Source of the DNA: Bacteroidota bacterium
GTDB lineage: Bacteria; Bacteroidota; Bacteroidia; Bacteroidales; JAHJDW01
Assembly (NCBI GenBank): GCA_018812245.1
Contig: JAHJDW010000163.1
Span: forward strand, 41,435 to 105,434
Length of the DNA stretch: 64,000 nucleotides
Direction of reading: 5' to 3'
Of the stretch, positions 6,856 to 17,910 are shown one piece after another. A model generated the notes under the pieces. It saw nothing but the letters and a program-made list of their open reading frames with translations, was not told where the DNA came from and searched no databases. A program made the translations under genes and the position numbers. Within the stretch, counting starts at the first letter, position 1; each line of letters opens with the position of its first letter.

Positions 6856-9717
6856 ATGATGTTTAGGTTCTTATTTCTTTTGGCTTTTATGGCGGGATGC
6901 TGCGTCCTTTCTGCAAAAGCGCAATACTGTAATGATAAGGAAAAAGCTACAGTGAAAGCTTTGGCGAGCGGCAAGGTTGATGATGCGCTGGCAAAAGCAA
7001 ATGCTTTTTTTCTTTTCGCCGAAAAGGAGTACAAAGATACTGATACTTGTTACCGGAAAGCCTTGCTACACATGGCAGATGCTCTCGACAGAAAAGAACT
7101 GTACGACTCTGCGATTGTGTTTTGGAGCGAAGGAATGAAAATGGTTTTGAAACGAATGACCGATTTTGCCCCGATGATGGCGGTTAGCATGAGCAGCACA
7201 ACGCAAATGTTTGAGAGTATTCCCAACAAGAAACAAGCTTCGGAAATGTATAGAAAAGCATTGCCGATTCTTCTCTCAGTTGATACCACTGACTATTCTA
7301 TGATTATCAAAATAACAAATTTATATACTGAATCTTTCTCGAAGTATTATGGTCAGGGTGAAGATACAACAACCAATAAGTTGAAAAGCATTGGAGAGAA
7401 ATATGGAAAAACAAGCAATGAATATCTTGCCGAGTTAAAGGTAGTTGCCAATGAATTTCGAGAAAAATGGAAACAAACAGAAGCTCGAAACGCCTATGGC
7501 GAGCTTCTGAACGTATTGAAAGAAAGAGGTGAGATTAAATCTGTTGAATATGCCGATGCTCTGTATCATCTGGGCTTTCTGCAGTTTATGCAAATGAACT
7601 ATGATTCCTCCCGTTTTTATATTGATCAGGCAATTTCAACGTATGAAGATATCCGTGAAACAAATAACGAATCATATACCTGGGCATTATTCTATTGCGG
7701 AATACTCTATCAGTTTGAGCAAAAGTGGAACAAAACAATCGAAATTTACGAGAAAGGAATGAAAAGTTTTAGGAAATTTCTTGGCGCTGAAAGTCCATAT
7801 TTTACAACAATTCTTGTCACACTTGGGAATTTGTATCTGATTGATAATGACTACAAAAATGCGGAGAAGTACCTTCTTGAGGATCTGAAGAATAAAGAAA
7901 ATGATACTGTTGAAGCCAACCGTATGGCTTCCTATATTGGCTTAGGTCGTGTAGAAATGTTGAAAAAAAACATGGCAAAAGCTGAAGATTATTTCGTGAA
8001 GGCGAATCGAATTACCGCCAAACAGATTTATGACCTGCAGGATATTGTGGGGATTAGTACAGAGAAAAAAGTTGCTCAGTATTTCAGCGCTTTCCGTTAT
8101 TCCTTGAATACTTTTTATACCGTTTTTGGGAAAAGGGCAAATGAAAACCCAGCCATTGCAGGACAGATATTCGACGACGAACTTCTCAGCAAAGGGTTGA
8201 TACTCAGAATCATTCGTGATAGAATCGAACTTATCAATAACAGTGGTGACTCTGAGTTGATTGCAAACTTCAACCAGTGGATTGATATCCGCCAGCAACT
8301 GGCCAAACTTGCCTTACTCCCCATGAGCGAAAGGAAGGCAAACATAAATGTTCTGGAGAATGATGCCAGAAACATTGAAAACAATATGTACTACAAAATA
8401 TATCAATCCGCAAAATCTACAAAACCACCGGCACTGACATGGCAAGCTGTACAAAAAAACCTCAAACCCGATGAAGCGGTTGTTGAGTTTATTCACTACG
8501 ACCACTATATGTATGGTGAAGCATGGATAAATGATTCTGCTCTGTATGGCGCTCTTGTCCTGCGCCCTGGCGATACACACCCTTATTATTTCCCGCTGTT
8601 CGACGAAAAAACCTTCCGAAGCTTTTTGGGCAGTTTCAGCAATCTGAGCTCGTACGACCTGGTGAACCAAATGTACGAAGTGAATGGCGACTCACTCTTC
8701 GCGATGGTTTGGAAGCCAATTGAAGAAAGATTATCTGGCGCCAAAACCGTTTACTACAGTCCTTCGGGACTCCTTCATAAAGTATCGTTCAATGCTGTAC
8801 CATGTAGTGAAGGGAAAGTGCTTTCCGACAAATACGATCTTTTCCTGTTAAGTTCGTCGGCAATGCTTACAAATAACAAGAAGCCTTTTCTTCTTACAAA
8901 GGAAGACGACGTCAGACTTTATGGTGGTATTTTTTATGACCTCGATTCCAATTCCATCGACTTTTACAGCAAGAAGTTCAAGGAAGATATGGACGATTTC
9001 TTTATTCACGACAGAAGCATGGAATGGTCTGATTCTATTCGGGGAGGATCTTTCTGGCCCTATCTGGAGGGTACCCTGAACGAAGTGGAGTATATCAGTA
9101 AACTGTTGGACAAGAATAGTGTCAAACAATCAAAAGTAATTGGGAAAGAAGCTGTTGAAGAAAGTTTTAAATATGGCGAAACAGGCTCTCCCAAAGTCAT
9201 CCATATTGCCACACACGGATTCTTTTTCCCTGATCCAGATTCAAAATCGCCAAAAGATGGTGCCTATAATGTTACAGAAGCCGCCGAAGCCTGGGATCCA
9301 ACCCGAGACCCCATGATCAGGTCGGGGCTGATTTTTGCCGGAGCAAATCATGTCTGGCAAGGCGAAAAAGCGATTCTGGGCGCTGAAGACGGAATCCTGA
9401 CTGCCTTCGAGGTGTCGAAGATGAACTTATCAAAAACACGACTCGTTGTAATGTCGGCTTGCGAAACCGGGCTTGGCGACATTCGTGGAAGTGAAGGCGT
9501 TTACGGACTTCAGCGCGCTTTCATGATTGCAGGTGTGGAGTACGTAATTATGAGCTTGTGGCAAATCCCTGATGAACAAACAGTTGAGTTGATGAATATT
9601 TTCTATTCAGAATGGATGAAGGGAAAAGACATTAGACAAGCGTTTTTGTTTGCGCAGCGCGAACTCAGGAAAAAATATCCGCCGTATTTCTGGGCAGCCT
9701 TTGTGTTAATGGAATAA
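6856..9717 (+). CDS. Exported TPR-repeat CHAT-domain (caspase-like) protease.
   Basis: The N-terminus is a signal or lipoprotein-like peptide (MMFRFLFLLAFMAGCCVLSAKAQ). A long TPR-like helical region follows. The C-terminal CHAT motifs are VIHIATHGFF (His codon 9214-9216) and LVVMSACETGLGD (Cys codon 9460-9462). Confidence 0.8.
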   Translation: MMFRFLFLLAFMAGCCVLSAKAQYCNDKEKATVKALASGKVDDALAKANAFFLFAEKEYKDTDTCYRKALLHMADALDRKELYDSAIVFWSEGMKMVLKRMTDFAPMMAVSMSSTTQMFESIPNKKQASEMYRKALPILLSVDTTDYSMIIKITNLYTESFSKYYGQGEDTTTNKLKSIGEKYGKTSNEYLAELKVVANEFREKWKQTEARNAYGELLNVLKERGEIKSVEYADALYHLGFLQFMQMNYDSSRFYIDQAISTYEDIRETNNESYTWALFYCGILYQFEQKWNKTIEIYEKGMKSFRKFLGAESPYFTTILVTLGNLYLIDNDYKNAEKYLLEDLKNKENDTVEANRMASYIGLGRVEMLKKNMAKAEDYFVKANRITAKQIYDLQDIVGISTEKKVAQYFSAFRYSLNTFYTVFGKRANENPAIAGQIFDDELLSKGLILRIIRDRIELINNSGDSELIANFNQWIDIRQQLAKLALLPMSERKANINVLENDARNIENNMYYKIYQSAKSTKPPALTWQAVQKNLKPDEAVVEFIHYDHYMYGEAWINDSALYGALVLRPGDTHPYYFPLFDEKTFRSFLGSFSNLSSYDLVNQMYEVNGDSLFAMVWKPIEERLSGAKTVYYSPSGLLHKVSFNAVPCSEGKVLSDKYDLFLLSSSAMLTNNKKPFLLTKEDDVRLYGGIFYDLDSNSIDFYSKKFKEDMDDFFIHDRSMEWSDSIRGGSFWPYLEGTLNEVEYISKLLDKNSVKQSKVIGKEAVEESFKYGETGSPKVIHIATHGFFFPDPDSKSPKDGAYNVTEAAEAWDPTRDPMIRSGLIFAGANHVWQGEKAILGAEDGILTAFEVSKMNLSKTRLVVMSACETGLGDIRGSEGVYGLQRAFMIAGVEYVIMSLWQIPDEQTVELMNIFYSEWMKGKDIRQAFLFAQRELRKKYPPYFWAAFVLME

Positions 9718-9869
9718 CACTGAGAATAACTGAAACATGCTCCACGCCTCTTTTGGAGCGAGAAGGTCGGTAGTTTTATCAAAAAATCCCAGTTGCTTTT
9801 CTATTCCGGATTATAATAGTATTTTCGTCCTTCTTATTTTGAATAGAGGAACGAAGATCAGATTGTGTT

Positions 9870-12266
9870 ATGTGGAATTTCCTGGTTAGAATCATTTTAA
9901 GATACCGGCTTTTTGTACTGTTGTTCATTGCGCTGTCAACGGTATTCATGGCATATATGGGAAGCAAGGTTAAGCTTTCTTATGAATTAACAAGGATGCT
10001 GCCGGAATCAGATTCTGCTTTCATCGAATACCAGACCTTCCGTGAGCGCTTCGGCGAAGATGGTAATGTAATTGTTGTTGGTATCCGGAACGAAAAACTC
10101 TTTGAACTTGCACAGTACCAACGCTGGTACGACATCGTGAATGAAATCCGTGAAATGGACGGAATCGAAGAGGTTGTCAGCATAACAAGAGCCTTGCGTC
10201 TCGTAAAAAATACGGAGACCAAAAAGTTTGATTTTGCGAATATCGCGGAGCAAAGACCGGTTTCTCAGAGTGAAGTCGATAGCCTGCGGTATGTGTTAGA
10301 GTCTCTCCCGTTTTATGAGGGTTTCCTATACAACAAAACCACACATGCCTACCTGGCGGCAATTACGCTCGACAAGAAAAAGCTTAACGATAAAAGCCGT
10401 GATCAGTTGATTTACAATATCAAGGATAAATTGAACGCTTTTGGAAGCCAATACGGAATCCAGGTTCATTATTCCGGGCTGCCATATATCCGCACGGTTA
10501 CTACACAAATGGTATCTCGCGAATTACAGATTTTTATTATTCTCGCGCTGTTGATTTGTGCGCTCATATTATTGGCATTTTTTCGATCAGGGCAGGCTGT
10601 CTTTTTTCCAATGATCGTGGTGGGTTTGTGTGTGGTGTGGGTCATGGGAACCATCGCTATTCTTGGATACAAAATCACAATTCTTACCGGTATCCTCCCG
10701 CCCCTGATGGTCGTTATCGGCATTGAAAACTGCATTCATATCCTGAATAAATATCACAGCGAGTACAAAGCTCACGGCAACAAGGTGAAAGCACTTTCCC
10801 GTGTGATTTCCCGAATAGGAAATGCAACACTGATTACTAACGCCACAACCGCAGTCGGATTCCTTACTTTTGCATTTACGCCTACACGTGTTTTGCAGGA
10901 GTTCGGAATTATCGCCTCCCTCAACATTTTTATCATGTTTGTGCTGTCAATACTTCTGATACCGAGTGTTTACAGCTACCTGCCTCCACCAACACACCGC
11001 CACACGAAACATATTGATAACAAATACCTGAAATCTGTTATCCGGTTTGTGGTCGATCTTGTTTCAAATCGCAGAAGAATTGTTTATCTGGCGCTTGCCG
11101 TAATAATGGCGTTTGGACTATATGGGATGAGCCAAATTAAGACCAGCGGAAAAGTTGTGGATGATATTAAGCCGTCGAATCAACTCTACAAAGATTTGAA
11201 ATTCTTTGAGGAAAACTTCAAAGGAGTGATGCCTTTCGAGATATCAATTGATACCAAAAAGAAAAATGGTGTCATGCGCTTATCTACAGTTCAGAAAATT
11301 GAAGAACTGCAAAATGAAATTCTAAAAATTCCGCTGTTTAGCAAACCATTGTCCGTTGCGGAATTGATAAAATTTGCCACCCAGGCATTCTACAACGGAA
11401 AACCCGAACGATACACCTTGCCCAACAATCAGGAGAAAAACTTTGTGTTAAGTTATTTCCCGACAAAAATCAAAAACAAGGACAACGTGATGAAATCGTT
11501 CATGGATAGTACAAAACAATATACCCGTGTTAGTTTCCAAATGGCGGATGTGGGGACTAACGAAATGCAAAAAGTGTTGGAATTTGTTCGCCCCAAGATT
11601 GACACAATTTTTAATCCTGCCGATTTCAACGTCGTAATTACCGGTAATAGCGTGATACACGCAAAGGGTACCGCTTTTCTGATTCGCAATCTGTTTATGA
11701 GCCTGGCTATCGCAGTTGTACTCATTTCACTGTTGATGGCACTGCTATGCAGTTCAACAACGATGGTGCTGATTGCGTTGCTTCCCAACCTGATTCCGCA
11801 AATTATTACGGCTGCATTAATGGGATATCTCGGAATCCCAATCAAGCCCTCAACAATCATCATATTCAGTATCGCACTCGGAATCACTGTGAATGGAGCA
11901 ATTCACCTGATTGCCCGATACCGGCACGAGATGAAGGTGACCGGATGGAATATCAAGGCGTCGGTTGTTACCGCACTCGAAGAAACCGGCATTAGCATCG
12001 TTTATTCGGCAATTGTACTCTTTTTCGGGTTTGCTATTTTCATGGGATCCAGTTTCGGCGGTACGCAAGCACTTGGGTTACTCGTTGCAACCACTTTGTT
12101 TTTTGCATTGTTTGGCAATCTGATTATTCTGCCTACCTTGCTGATGTCACTGGATATGAGAATTATGAAAAAAATATTGAGGGACCCATTAATTGAGATT
12201 TATGACGAAGAAGATGACATAAATCTGGCCGAATTAGAAATTGCTAACAAAACCCAAACGGAATGA
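9870..12266 (+). CDS. MMPL/RND-superfamily exporter (two 6-TM bundles, sterol-sensing-domain type).
   Basis: A 798-aa protein with two hydrophobic blocks separated by soluble loops. The N-terminus and overall layout are typical of MMPL/HpnN-like transporters. Confidence 0.7.
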   Translation: MWNFLVRIILRYRLFVLLFIALSTVFMAYMGSKVKLSYELTRMLPESDSAFIEYQTFRERFGEDGNVIVVGIRNEKLFELAQYQRWYDIVNEIREMDGIEEVVSITRALRLVKNTETKKFDFANIAEQRPVSQSEVDSLRYVLESLPFYEGFLYNKTTHAYLAAITLDKKKLNDKSRDQLIYNIKDKLNAFGSQYGIQVHYSGLPYIRTVTTQMVSRELQIFIILALLICALILLAFFRSGQAVFFPMIVVGLCVVWVMGTIAILGYKITILTGILPPLMVVIGIENCIHILNKYHSEYKAHGNKVKALSRVISRIGNATLITNATTAVGFLTFAFTPTRVLQEFGIIASLNIFIMFVLSILLIPSVYSYLPPPTHRHTKHIDNKYLKSVIRFVVDLVSNRRRIVYLALAVIMAFGLYGMSQIKTSGKVVDDIKPSNQLYKDLKFFEENFKGVMPFEISIDTKKKNGVMRLSTVQKIEELQNEILKIPLFSKPLSVAELIKFATQAFYNGKPERYTLPNNQEKNFVLSYFPTKIKNKDNVMKSFMDSTKQYTRVSFQMADVGTNEMQKVLEFVRPKIDTIFNPADFNVVITGNSVIHAKGTAFLIRNLFMSLAIAVVLISLLMALLCSSTTMVLIALLPNLIPQIITAALMGYLGIPIKPSTIIIFSIALGITVNGAIHLIARYRHEMKVTGWNIKASVVTALEETGISIVYSAIVLFFGFAIFMGSSFGGTQALGLLVATTLFFALFGNLIILPTLLMSLDMRIMKKILRDPLIEIYDEEDDINLAELEIANKTQTE

Positions 12267-13129
12267 AAGGAATAATTCTGGCTGGTGGTGCCGGTACTCG
12301 TTTGCACCCATTGACGCTCGCTGTGAGCAAACAACTGATGCCTGTTTTCGACAAACCGATGATATATTACCCTATGTCGGTACTCATGATGGCAGGAATA
12401 AAAGAAATTCTGATCATCTCAACACCGCATGACTTACCGCACTTCCAGCGACTGTTTGGAAGTGGTGAACAACTGGGCTGTAGGTTTGAATATGCAGAAC
12501 AAGCAATTCCAAACGGTCTGGCACAAGCATTTGTTATTGGGGCTGATTTTATTGGTAACGATAAAGCTGCGCTGGTACTGGGCGACAATATTTTTTATGG
12601 AACAGGACTGGGACCGGTTCTGGATGCTTGCAGCGATCCCGATGGAGGAATTGTGTTTGCATACCATGTCAGTGACCCCCAACGGTACGGCGTTGTGGAA
12701 TTCGACATAAACAAAAAAGCTATTTCTATTGAGGAAAAGCCAGTAAATCCAAAATCCAACTATGCCGTCCCGGGTTTGTATTTTTTCGATAATGATGTTG
12801 TTAATTATGCAGGCTCAATAAAACCAAGTGCCAGAGGGGAATATGAAATTACGGAAGTAATAAAGTGTTACCTTGATGCTGGAAAATTGAATGTGAAAGT
12901 TTTTGGAAGAGGAACAGCATGGCTTGATACCGGAACATTCGCTTCGCTGATGCAGGCAGGTCAGTTTGTTCAGGTAATTGAGGAGCGTCAGGGTCTGAAA
13001 ATTGGGTGTATAGAAGAGGTAGCGTACAGGATGGGATTCATTAACGAGGTGCAACTCCAACAACTTGCCGTACCGCTTTTTAAAAGCGGTTATGGCGAAT
13101 ATCTGATGTCAATAATGAAAAAGAGATGA
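12263..13129 (+). CDS. rfbA: Glucose-1-phosphate thymidylyltransferase.
   Basis: The translation carries [18 protein letters not shown]...[34 protein letters not shown]...[10 protein letters not shown]. The start overlaps the upstream stop (ATGA). Confidence 0.92.
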   Translation: MKGIILAGGAGTRLHPLTLAVSKQLMPVFDKPMIYYPMSVLMMAGIKEILIISTPHDLPHFQRLFGSGEQLGCRFEYAEQAIPNGLAQAFVIGADFIGNDKAALVLGDNIFYGTGLGPVLDACSDPDGGIVFAYHVSDPQRYGVVEFDINKKAISIEEKPVNPKSNYAVPGLYFFDNDVVNYAGSIKPSARGEYEITEVIKCYLDAGKLNVKVFGRGTAWLDTGTFASLMQAGQFVQVIEERQGLKIGCIEEVAYRMGFINEVQLQQLAVPLFKSGYGEYLMSIMKKR

Positions 13130-14067
13130 ATAAAATACTTGTTACTGGTGGAGCGGGATTTATTGCAAGTTCCCTTGCCGAGAAACTGATTGAGAGAGAT
13201 GATAATTTTGTCGTGATAGTGGACAACCTTTCAACAGGCAGAATTGAAAAATTACCTTCCGCAAAATACAAAAACTGGAAATTCATTAAGTGTGATGTTA
13301 ACAACTACAATGATATCGCAGAGGTAATGCTTGCATGGGAATTTGATTATGTGTTCCATTATGCTGCCGTGGTTGGCGTGCAACGTACACTCAATAACCC
13401 GGTTTTGGTTCTTAGAGACCTTCATGGAATCGAAAATATTCTGAAGCTATCGAAGAATATCGGGGTTAAACGGGTTTTCTATTCTTCATCATCAGAAGTG
13501 TACGGCGAACCTGTCGAATTCCCACAGAACGAATCAACAACCCCACTGAATTCAAGACTGCCGTACGCAATTGTTAAAAATGCCGGTGAAGCCTTTATCA
13601 AAGCTTACCAAAAAGAATTTGGTCTGGATTTCACAATTTTCAGACTGTTTAACACGTATGGACCTAAGCAATCGGCCGACTTTGTTATTAGTCGGTATAT
13701 TTCGTTAGCAACTCAAAATCAGCCAATTACGGTGTATGGCGATGGAAGTCAGTCAAGAACATTCTGCTATATAGATGATAATATTGATGCTGTGTATAAC
13801 GCTTTTACTACGAGCAAATTCACCAATGATATTCTGAATATCGGGACTGATTATGAGATACCGATCCTTGATCTGGCGAAAACCATTATTAAGCTTTCCA
13901 AATCCAAATCGAAAATTGTTTTCAAACCACCATTGGAAGAAGGCGACATGACAAGACGTCTGCCTGATGTTACAAAAATGCATGAACTTTTAATCAGAAA
14001 ACCTTTGATGTTAGAGGAAGGGCTGAAAAAAGTGTTGGAAAATCCATTGTTTATGAGTATCAAATAA
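13126..14067 (+). CDS. NAD-dependent sugar-nucleotide epimerase/dehydratase (extended SDR).
   Basis: It has a Rossmann motif ([11 protein letters not shown]), the SSSEVYG motif and a YAIVK (YxxxK) catalytic motif. The start overlaps the rfbA stop (ATGA). Confidence 0.7.
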   Translation: MNKILVTGGAGFIASSLAEKLIERDDNFVVIVDNLSTGRIEKLPSAKYKNWKFIKCDVNNYNDIAEVMLAWEFDYVFHYAAVVGVQRTLNNPVLVLRDLHGIENILKLSKNIGVKRVFYSSSSEVYGEPVEFPQNESTTPLNSRLPYAIVKNAGEAFIKAYQKEFGLDFTIFRLFNTYGPKQSADFVISRYISLATQNQPITVYGDGSQSRTFCYIDDNIDAVYNAFTTSKFTNDILNIGTDYEIPILDLAKTIIKLSKSKSKIVFKPPLEEGDMTRRLPDVTKMHELLIRKPLMLEEGLKKVLENPLFMSIK

Positions 14068-14075
14068 GCAAGGCT

Positions 14076-15050
14076 ATGCAATCCACACAGCAAATTCTTC
14101 AAATCGTCAATCGGGAGATTGAAAATCTCGTTCACCCTGAACAGCCCTCAGAGCTATATGCACCAATCAGCTATACGATGGCACTCGGAGGGAAACGATT
14201 GAGACCGGTACTCTGCCTTCATTCCTGTGATATGTTCGGTGGTGATATTTCCAAAGCAATCATGCCTGCCCTTGGGATCGAAATGTTTCACAATTTTACG
14301 CTTGTCCACGACGATATCATGGACAATGCCCCCGTCAGACGAGGTCACCCCACGGTTTACAAAAAGTGGAATACGAATATTGCCATCCTTTCAGGTGATA
14401 CCATGTTTGCAAAAGCGTATGAGCTTGTAGCCGAATCGGATCCTCCTATTTTACAGCGGATACTAAAGGTGTTCACACAAACAGCTATTGAGGTGTGCGA
14501 AGGTCAGCAATATGATATGAACTTTGAAAGTATGGCTGATGTGTCGATCCCTGACTACCTGATGATGATCCGACTGAAAACCGCAGTTCTGATAGCAGCA
14601 AGCTTGAAGGTTGGCGCCCTGGTCGCCGGTGCTCCTGACGAGGATGCGGCTAACGTGTATGCTTTTGGAGAAAACATCGGTATGACATTTCAATTGCAGG
14701 ATGATTTTCTGGATGTGTACTCTGACCCCGACGTGTTTGGAAAGCAAACAGGAGGTGATATTGCAACAAATAAAAAAACTTATTTGATTCTAAAAGCCCT
14801 CGAAGAAGGAACTAATCAGCAAAAAAACGAATTGAGGGAACTTTTTCATCAGGTTCTTGAAGAAAATGCAACCAAGATTTCCAGAGTCAAAGAGATATAT
14901 AGCAATATTGGCATCCACCGGTACACGAAGGAAATGATGCTGCATTACTATCACAATGCTATTGGTTTTCTGGATAAAATCTCATTATCTCAGGAACGAA
15001 AAATTCACTTGCGTACTTTTGCCAATAATTTGATGGAAAGAAATTACTAA
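14076..15050 (+). CDS. Polyprenyl diphosphate synthase (trans-isoprenyl; GGPP/FPP or longer chain).
   Basis: Both Asp-rich motifs are present: LVHDDIMD and FQLQDDFLD. Confidence 0.85.
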   Translation: MQSTQQILQIVNREIENLVHPEQPSELYAPISYTMALGGKRLRPVLCLHSCDMFGGDISKAIMPALGIEMFHNFTLVHDDIMDNAPVRRGHPTVYKKWNTNIAILSGDTMFAKAYELVAESDPPILQRILKVFTQTAIEVCEGQQYDMNFESMADVSIPDYLMMIRLKTAVLIAASLKVGALVAGAPDEDAANVYAFGENIGMTFQLQDDFLDVYSDPDVFGKQTGGDIATNKKTYLILKALEEGTNQQKNELRELFHQVLEENATKISRVKEIYSNIGIHRYTKEMMLHYYHNAIGFLDKISLSQERKIHLRTFANNLMERNY

Positions 15051-15065
15051 CTTAATACAAACTAT

Positions 15066-17291
15066 ATGTACCTGGACATTTCAGGTGTATCACAAAATAC
15101 ATCCATTCTGGCACCGCAAATTGATATGCCCGCCGGAACTTACGACCGGATTCAGATTGTAGAGTTAACAGGCTTTGCCGCGGATTCATTGGTCTATTAT
15201 TCACTTGACGGGGAAACATGGGTAAGGTATTGGGGACCGGTTGCCATTAGAAAATCATGCATGGCAGAATTTGTCGCAGTCAGGGGAAACGAAAGATCGA
15301 TGATTATTTCTGCGAAATATGAAATTATCAAGCCGTACGAATCCAAACGTGGTAGCGTGGTTGTGATTGGTGGAGCAGAGCATTGCAGGGAACTTCATAA
15401 CCGGATTGTGGAGTTGGCAGGGGGGACTGAGAAAATCAGAGTTGCATTTATTCCAACATCTTCAGCCGATCCTTATTCTTCTGGAATGGACAGAGTTGCC
15501 CGATTCAGAGACCTTTGCGGTGTAGAGATTAACGAAAACGAAGTTCCCCTGACCGGTGGGAAAAAAGACTTCAGCCACATGGAAAACAACAGCCGATTCT
15601 GGATTTTGCCGGTTGCCGTAAAAGATGACGTAAATACTTGCGCAAATCCTGAACGAGACTACGACACACCTCTGGCTGACGAGTCAACCTTCCCGGATAT
15701 TCACGAAAGCACTTGGATTAATAATGGATTCAAAAAAGATGTCGCTGAAAAATTGCGCGATGGTAATTATAACACGGTCTTTTTGACTGGAGGCAATCAG
15801 AGCAGATACCTGAAATGCTTTATGTATCCCGACTGGTCTGATGGTCCGGTTCTCTCAGTGATCAGGGATATTCTTGAAGAAAAGGGAGGTGTTGTTGCCG
15901 GAACGAGTGCTGGCGCCGCAGTCATCAGTAATATTATGATTCAGGGTGGAGGAAGTTATGGCTCCATGCTCGAAGGAGTTGTTTATGAGGATGTTAATCT
16001 TGTTGACTATGACGACGAATACACTCCGTTTGCAAATGCCACCGACGGCAGAGTCTGGCTTGGCAGAGGGTTTGGATTTCTTTCTAAAAACTTTATTACA
16101 GGGACGCACTTCATTTCTCGTGGGAGAACAGGTCGTCTTGTTACTGCCGCACTCTACCTGAAAAAAATTCACAACATGCCCATACTCGGTTTTGGCGTTG
16201 GGGAGGATACTGCAGTAATTATTAGCCAAAACAATAAAGTAGAGGTAGTGGGCGCGCTGGGTGCCCTCGTAATTGACACTTCAAAATCGCAGATTGTATT
16301 CGGGGACGTGGAAAAAGGAAGGTTTTGTGTGAAAGACCTGAAATTGCACTATCTTGAAAGCGGGGATAGTTTTGCCGTTGACCCGGATACGGGAGAAACA
16401 TCGGTCGCAAGTATCAACCCAACAAAACAGGAAATCCACCTGATTGAGGATGGGGAGTTCTCATATTCTTTTGAAGCAGATATATTTGGACGTGCAACCC
16501 TCAAGAAATTTCTTTTTAACAACCTGATAAATAACGATTCGTCCGATTGTGTTGGATTGGAACTTGTTGACAACCTGTATGATAGTTATGATAGCATCCT
16601 CTACCACGACCTGATTAAAGATGGTACTATGTTGCTCCGTTTTACAAAAAACGAAAGAACAAAAGGTTATAAAGGTACAATCGGTTATCATTGGTATGGT
16701 TACCATGATTCTTCTTATCCGCGACTATTGCATGATGTTGAGAATGACCGATTCAGCTTCAAAAATGTAATCACGGATATCTTTCCGTTGAAAGTTTTTA
16801 ATTTCCCTGATCTGTCAGATGGGGAAGACATGCCATTGAAGCAACATTATATGGAGGATGGCTATACAGAGGCAGAATGGAATGAGCTGTTTAGCAAAAG
16901 AAAACGATTTAGATTTGGTTTTATGCTAATCCCATTTACCGACACGCAAGTAGAGGTGCGGACTTTCTTTTTTGATTATGCTTATTTCGACAAATCAAGA
17001 ACCGGGACATATACTCCACCTCGTTTGCAACCAATTGGTGAGAATTGGGGATATAAGGATTACGATATAGTGGAAATTGATAAAGCCGACGGTTCACAGG
17101 TTTTCATTAACGGAATTCTTCGTGGAACAACAGATAAATTCGGAAAACTGATTATTGATCAGACAGTTGAAATACCAGAAATCAAGGTGTTTTTTCAGGG
17201 AAAAACCAACTCCTATTCTGTTGAGCATCATAATGTTTCATTGCCACTTACTATCGCAGTGATCAAGTTTACACCTGAATCGTATAAATAG
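15066..17291 (+). CDS. Atypical cyanophycinase-like peptidase (family S51) with extra N- and C-terminal domains.
   Basis: S51 motifs are present: FLTGGNQSRY, VVAGTSAGAAVIS and THFISRGRTGRL. The N-terminus carries a YYSLDGETW chitobiase/FN3-associated-like segment. A C-terminal extension of about 300 aa has no motif I recognise. There is no signal peptide. Confidence 0.6.
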   Translation: MYLDISGVSQNTSILAPQIDMPAGTYDRIQIVELTGFAADSLVYYSLDGETWVRYWGPVAIRKSCMAEFVAVRGNERSMIISAKYEIIKPYESKRGSVVVIGGAEHCRELHNRIVELAGGTEKIRVAFIPTSSADPYSSGMDRVARFRDLCGVEINENEVPLTGGKKDFSHMENNSRFWILPVAVKDDVNTCANPERDYDTPLADESTFPDIHESTWINNGFKKDVAEKLRDGNYNTVFLTGGNQSRYLKCFMYPDWSDGPVLSVIRDILEEKGGVVAGTSAGAAVISNIMIQGGGSYGSMLEGVVYEDVNLVDYDDEYTPFANATDGRVWLGRGFGFLSKNFITGTHFISRGRTGRLVTAALYLKKIHNMPILGFGVGEDTAVIISQNNKVEVVGALGALVIDTSKSQIVFGDVEKGRFCVKDLKLHYLESGDSFAVDPDTGETSVASINPTKQEIHLIEDGEFSYSFEADIFGRATLKKFLFNNLINNDSSDCVGLELVDNLYDSYDSILYHDLIKDGTMLLRFTKNERTKGYKGTIGYHWYGYHDSSYPRLLHDVENDRFSFKNVITDIFPLKVFNFPDLSDGEDMPLKQHYMEDGYTEAEWNELFSKRKRFRFGFMLIPFTDTQVEVRTFFFDYAYFDKSRTGTYTPPRLQPIGENWGYKDYDIVEIDKADGSQVFINGILRGTTDKFGKLIIDQTVEIPEIKVFFQGKTNSYSVEHHNVSLPLTIAVIKFTPESYK

Positions 17292-17292
17292 C

Positions 17293-17910
17293 ATGTTGAT
17301 TGTGGGAATTGCCGGAGGAACCGGCTCTGGAAAAACAACAGTGGTGAAGCGCTTGCTGAAAAAGCTGCCGAAAGAGCAGGTAGCCGTTATTCCACAGGAT
17401 AGCTACTATAAGGATGCAAGCCACCTGGCACCCGAAGATCGCGTGATGAAAAACTTTGACCACCCATCATCTATTGAATTTCGCCTCCTGACAAAACATA
17501 TCGATATGTTGAAAGAGGGGAAAAGCATCGAGATGCCAGTTTACAGCTATCTTACTTGCGCAAGGGCAAAGGAAACCATTACCGTTCAACCCAAAGAGGT
17601 GATTATTGTGGAGGGAATCCTGATTATGGTTAATCCAAAACTCAGGGAGCGCTTTGATATCAAAGTGTTTGTTGATGCAGATGCAGACGACAGACTGACA
17701 AGAGTAATTTTTCGTGATATTGAAGAAAGGGGAAGGTCATTTCGGGATGTTCTTGACAGATATGAAAAGACTGTGAAACCCATGCACCTTCAGTTTATCG
17801 AACCCAGTAAACGCTACGCTGACCTGATTGTGCCGCAAGGAGGAAATAATCTTGTGGCTATTGATATCCTTTACAACCATATTATGCAGACACTAAAGTC
17901 GCACAAATAG
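17293..17910 (+). CDS. udk: Uridine kinase.
   Basis: It has the P-loop IAGGTGSGKTT and reads like Udk over its whole length (205 aa). Confidence 0.88.
   Translation: MLIVGIAGGTGSGKTTVVKRLLKKLPKEQVAVIPQDSYYKDASHLAPEDRVMKNFDHPSSIEFRLLTKHIDMLKEGKSIEMPVYSYLTCARAKETITVQPKEVIIVEGILIMVNPKLRERFDIKVFVDADADDRLTRVIFRDIEERGRSFRDVLDRYEKTVKPMHLQFIEPSKRYADLIVPQGGNNLVAIDILYNHIMQTLKSHK

Noticed and set aside
6856-9717. The TPR-CHAT protein as a CRISPR type III-E (Craspase/Csx29-like) or other defence effector.
   Set aside because: There are no cas/gRAMP genes, no CRISPR repeats and no other defence genes nearby. The protein also carries an export signal, unlike cytoplasmic Csx29.
9739-9759. The hairpin gctcca-N9-tggagc after the CHAT gene as a terminator.
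   Set aside because: The stem is only 6 bp, the loop is 9 nt, and no T-run follows. That is too weak to call.
15066-17291. Calling this gene a genuine cyanophycinase (cphB/cphE).
   Set aside because: The size and domain additions are atypical, and no cphA is visible. Only the family-level S51 call is supported.
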